Below are positions 61,020 to 64,000 of a DNA stretch of 64,000 bases, piece after piece; the first letter of the stretch is position 1, and each line of letters opens with the position of its first letter. A program made the position numbers and the translations under genes. Under the pieces are notes generated by a model. It did no database searches and was not told the DNA's origin. It worked only from the letters and a program-made list of their open reading frames with translations. Source of the DNA: Candidatus Rokuibacteriota bacterium (GTDB taxonomy: Bacteria; Methylomirabilota; Methylomirabilia; Rokubacteriales; CSP1-6); NCBI GenBank assembly GCA_016188005.1, contig JACPIQ010000008.1, positions 256,509-320,508 of the forward strand. The letters run 5' to 3'.

Positions 61020-62324
61020 TTACTGCCCCGGCGGCCGCAGGCTCACGACGGTGGGCGCGGCGAGATAGACCCGGGCGACCCGCTGCAGGTCGTCGGCGGT
61101 CACGGCCTCCACGGCCCGCGCGTAGCGCTCGGCGAAATCGTGGCCGACCCCGGCCGCCTCGAAGAAGGCCTGGTACCAGGCCAGGCGGGCGTTCGTGCGC
61201 CGATCCAGCGCGAACTGGCCAAGCAGGTAGGCCTTCGCCCGGGAGACCTCGGCGGCGCTCAGACGCTCCTGGCCGAGCCGCGCGATCTCCATCCTCATCC
61301 CCTCCTCGGCCTTCTCGGCATTCCCCGGGGCGGTCCCGAGGTACGCCACGAGCATACCCCGCCCCGCCCGCGACGGGTAGAAGGCGCCAGTGGAGTAGGC
61401 GAGCCCCTGCCTGTCGCGCAGCTCGGTGAAGAGCCGGCCGGCCATGCCGCCGCCGAGGGCGGTCGAGAGAACCTTCACGGCCGCGTAGTCCCCGTGGTCC
61501 ATGGGGGGAGCGAGGACGCCGGCAAGCACCTGCGCCTGGGCCGCCGCGTGACGCACGATCGCCCGCTCGGCCCTCACGGACGCCACGGGGCTCGGGGCGG
61601 CGGCCTCGCCCTCGCCAGGAGGCATCGCGGCGAAGAGGCGGGCGATCTCAGCGGCGACCTCTGGCGCCGACAGCTGGCCGCTCACCGAAACCACGGTGCG
61701 CCCGGCACGGTAGTACCGGCGGTGGTGCTCCAGCAACGCCTCGCGGTCGAGCCGCGCCACCACCTCGGGGCGGCCGAGGCTTGGCAAGGCGTAGGGATGG
61801 CTCCCGTACAGGCGCTCCCTCAGCACTTCCAGCGCCCGCTGGAACGGCTGGTCGGCCCGGGTCCGTATCGTGCTGAGGACCAGCCGGCGCTCGCCCTCGA
61901 TCTCTGTGGTGGCCAGCGCCGGCTGCAGCGCGACGTCGGCCACCAGGTCCAGCAGCGCACGCCAGTGTCGAGCCAGCGCGCTGCCCCCGATCTCGGAGAA
62001 GTCCATATCGGCAGAGGCGCTCACACTGCCGCCCATCCCCTCGGCGGCCTCCGCGATCTCGAGCGCGCTTCGCCGTTGTGTCCCCTTCACCATCACCTGC
62101 TGCAGCAGGTTGGTGATGCCCGCGTTGCTCTCGCGCTCCCACCCCGACCCCACGCGAACTAGCAGCGACACGGCCACGACGGGCGCCGCCGGGTTCTCCC
62201 GCACGATCAGGGTGAGCCCGTTTGGCAGCCGATCGCGCAGCATCGCCCCCGGCGCGCCGACCGCGGGCGGGGCGGCAAGAAGGACCGCCGCGACGACAGC
62301 CCCGGCGAGGTTCCCGCCACTCAT
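61020..62324 (-). CDS. M16-family peptidase-like protein, non-catalytic partner (lacks HxxEH)
   Basis: 434 aa with M16 N- and C-domains, but the zinc-motif position reads NLLQQVM instead of HxxEH. Signal peptide MSGGNLAGAVVAAVLLAAPPAVGA. The ATG at 62324 overlaps the upstream stop (ATGA). The 987-aa track ORF is a read-through. Confidence 0.8.
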   Translation of the reverse strand: MSGGNLAGAVVAAVLLAAPPAVGAPGAMLRDRLPNGLTLIVRENPAAPVVAVSLLVRVGSGWERESNAGITNLLQQVMVKGTQRRSALEIAEAAEGMGGSVSASADMDFSEIGGSALARHWRALLDLVADVALQPALATTEIEGERRLVLSTIRTRADQPFQRALEVLRERLYGSHPYALPSLGRPEVVARLDREALLEHHRRYYRAGRTVVSVSGQLSAPEVAAEIARLFAAMPPGEGEAAAPSPVASVRAERAIVRHAAAQAQVLAGVLAPPMDHGDYAAVKVLSTALGGGMAGRLFTELRDRQGLAYSTGAFYPSRAGRGMLVAYLGTAPGNAEKAEEGMRMEIARLGQERLSAAEVSRAKAYLLGQFALDRRTNARLAWYQAFFEAAGVGHDFAERYARAVEAVTADDLQRVARVYLAAPTVVSLRPPGQ

Positions 62325-63667
62325 CGCGCCTCCTCCTGTGGCATCAGCGCGAGCCGGGCGTAGCTCCGCCCGAGATACCGCCGGGCAGCCGCCTGGATCG
62401 CCTCCCGCGTGACGCTGCGCAGCCGCTCGAGGTACCCCAGCTCGCCGTGGAGGGTCCAGAGCGTCTCCGCGAGCCCATAGGCATGAGCCCGCCCCTCGGC
62501 GGTCTCGGTCGAGAAGGCATGCTGGGCCTCCGCGGCGGTGAGGGCGCGCTGGCGCTCCGCTTCGGTGACGCCCTCCTCCTGGAGGCGCTTCACCTCCGCG
62601 AGGATGGCCGCCTCGCCCTGCTCGACGGTGCCCGCCTCGAGCTGGGCCGTGACGGTCAGCAGCCCCGCGCCCGCAAGCGCGGAGTACGCGGCCCGGACCG
62701 AGGACGCGATCCGGGCGCGCTCGCGAAGCGACTGGTTGAGCCTGGAGGTCTTCGATCCGCCCAGGATCTGGGCCAAGAGGTCCACGGCGAACATGTCGGG
62801 ATCTCCCAGCGCTGGCCCAGCCCATCCCAGCGCCAGTGATGCCTGGCGCTCCGGCCGGGGGAGCACCTCGCGCAGGGCGCCGTCCAGCGGAGGTGGAGGC
62901 GTGACCGGCCGCCGCCGGTATCCTTGGGAGGCACTCCGCCCGAAGGAGCGCTCCACCGCCCGCCGGATCTCGTCCGGCGCCACAGCCCCGATGACCACGA
63001 GCGTCATGTTCTCGGGCACGTAGTGCCGCTTGTAGTAGCCCCGGAGGCTGTCCGTGGTGGCCGCCCGCATGGCCGCTGGGTCCCCGAGCACCGGGAAGCC
63101 GTACGGATGCCCGCGGAAGGCGAGAGCGTAGAGCCGGCGCACGAGGACGCTCCGGGCATTGTCCTCCCCCAGCCGGACCTCCTCGAAGATCACTTGGCGC
63201 TCGCGCTCGACTTCCCGGGGGTCGAAGCGCGAGTGGAAGGCCATGTCCGCCAGGACCTCGATTCCCCCGGCGGCCCGGGTGGCCGGCAGGAGGATGTAAT
63301 AGAACGTGTAGTCCCACGAGGTCCCGGCATTGATCCGGCCTCCGACACTCTCCACCTCGCGGTCCACGAAGCCAGGCGCCCGGCTTTCCGTCCCCTTGAA
63401 CAGCATGTGCTCGACGAAGTGAGAGAAGCCGCGCTCTCCAGCAGCTTCGTCGCGCCCCCCTACTCCCACCCAGAGGTGCAGGGCCACCACGTCGCTCGTG
63501 CGATGCTCCTGGATGAGGAGGCGCATGCCGTTGGGGAGAACCTCGCGCGACGGCGCGGGGAGCCCGTCGCGGGTGGGGACTCCGGGGATGGTGGATGCAC
63601 AGCCGCCGAGGGCGGCCACCGCCAGCGCCAGCGCCGCCTGGAACACGGGCTTGCGGCGGTGAGCCAT
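62321..63667 (-). CDS. M16-family zinc metallopeptidase (active, HFVEH), predicted lipoprotein
   Basis: HFVEHMLFKG inverzincin motif and M16 domains. N-terminal lipobox ...LALAVAALGGCAS. ATG start. Confidence 0.8.
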   Translation of the reverse strand: MAHRRKPVFQAALALAVAALGGCASTIPGVPTRDGLPAPSREVLPNGMRLLIQEHRTSDVVALHLWVGVGGRDEAAGERGFSHFVEHMLFKGTESRAPGFVDREVESVGGRINAGTSWDYTFYYILLPATRAAGGIEVLADMAFHSRFDPREVERERQVIFEEVRLGEDNARSVLVRRLYALAFRGHPYGFPVLGDPAAMRAATTDSLRGYYKRHYVPENMTLVVIGAVAPDEIRRAVERSFGRSASQGYRRRPVTPPPPLDGALREVLPRPERQASLALGWAGPALGDPDMFAVDLLAQILGGSKTSRLNQSLRERARIASSVRAAYSALAGAGLLTVTAQLEAGTVEQGEAAILAEVKRLQEEGVTEAERQRALTAAEAQHAFSTETAEGRAHAYGLAETLWTLHGELGYLERLRSVTREAIQAAARRYLGRSYARLALMPQEEAR

Positions 63668-64000
63668 GGCGCTGGAGCGTACCAGAGTTCCCTCGCCCCC
63701 TCAAGATGAGCTCCTGGCCTGAGGTGCCCACTGGGTCGCGCGCCTTCCAGCCGAACGAGCCGAGGCAGATTGCCGCCAACCCTTTCAGCAGGCCTCCGGG
63801 CAGAACGCCTCTGATGATCCCCACTAAGATGGGCGGATGAGCAACAAGTCGTTGCCGGATAAGCCAAAGCTCATTGCCTCCCGCCCTGGCATCTCCCCTG
63901 CAGACTCCACCTAAGCGACCAGGAGGCACAGGGGGGGAGGGCGCACCCGGCTGAAGTGGTCTGAGGAGGGTCCGCGGGCCCATGGGGGCCCCGCGGAGAC

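Noticed and set aside
63668-63983. Possible small membrane protein (...LVAHPPILVGIIRGVLPGGLLKGLAAICLGSFGW...) encoded at the 5' end of the 987-aa read-through ORF
   Set aside because: The frame runs without a stop straight through both M16 genes, so it cannot terminate as a small protein. The hydrophobic stretch is most likely chance translation of a GC-poor non-coding region.

Overview
This 64 kb window is about 70% GC and is an extremely compact block of conserved bacterial housekeeping genes. All roughly 57 credible CDS are on the minus strand. The many long plus-strand ORFs, and the minus-strand ORFs in alternative frames, are Arg/Pro/Ala/Gly-rich stop-codon-poor artefacts of the GC content. 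The ORF track uses GTG/TTG as well as ATG for its leading M, so many ORFs carry spurious N-terminal extensions. I trimmed these using the upstream neighbour's stop and known N-terminal homology. Gene content, in minus-strand order from high to low coordinate: an M16 peptidase pair, a rhomboid protease, a nucleotidyltransferase/phosphohexomutase fusion, tlyA, nadK, recN, secA, smc, rodZ, ftsY, ribD-ribE-ribBA-ribH-nusB, a metallophosphoesterase, lnt, prfB (with the programmed +1 frameshift), lysS, a LolF-type permease, lolD, clpC, bamA, skp, and a large LPS/lipid A block. That block holds lpxD, lpxA, a GnnA-like oxidoreductase, lpxI, lpxB, a DUF374 LpxJ-like gene, waaA, lpxK, a GT9 heptosyltransferase, five tandem GT4s, gmhB, hldA, hldC, a second GT9 and a GT2. 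These are followed by trpS, scpA-scpB-rluB, pheA-hisC-tyrA-aroA, cmk, plsC, rpsA and a partial sppA. I found no rRNA, tRNA, CRISPR array, mobile element or defence/toxin system. I do not see a clearly novel system; this reads as a core diderm chromosome region, and I say so plainly. The most notable observations are: (i) about 20 gene junctions with ATGA/GTGA/TTGA stop-start overlaps linking functionally unrelated genes; (ii) the prfB +1 frameshift site, with the gene split across two track ORFs; (iii) a metallophosphoesterase whose conserved DIHGN N-terminus lies upstream of any canonical start, implying an ATC start or termination-reinitiation after nusB; (iv) an atypical lipid A cluster with no fabZ, a GnnA-like oxidoreductase, LpxI and an LpxJ-like DUF374 gene; (v) a five-gene GT4 tandem array; (vi) a ManC-phosphohexomutase fusion with a degenerate active-site motif; and (vii) a single clear intrinsic terminator after secA.
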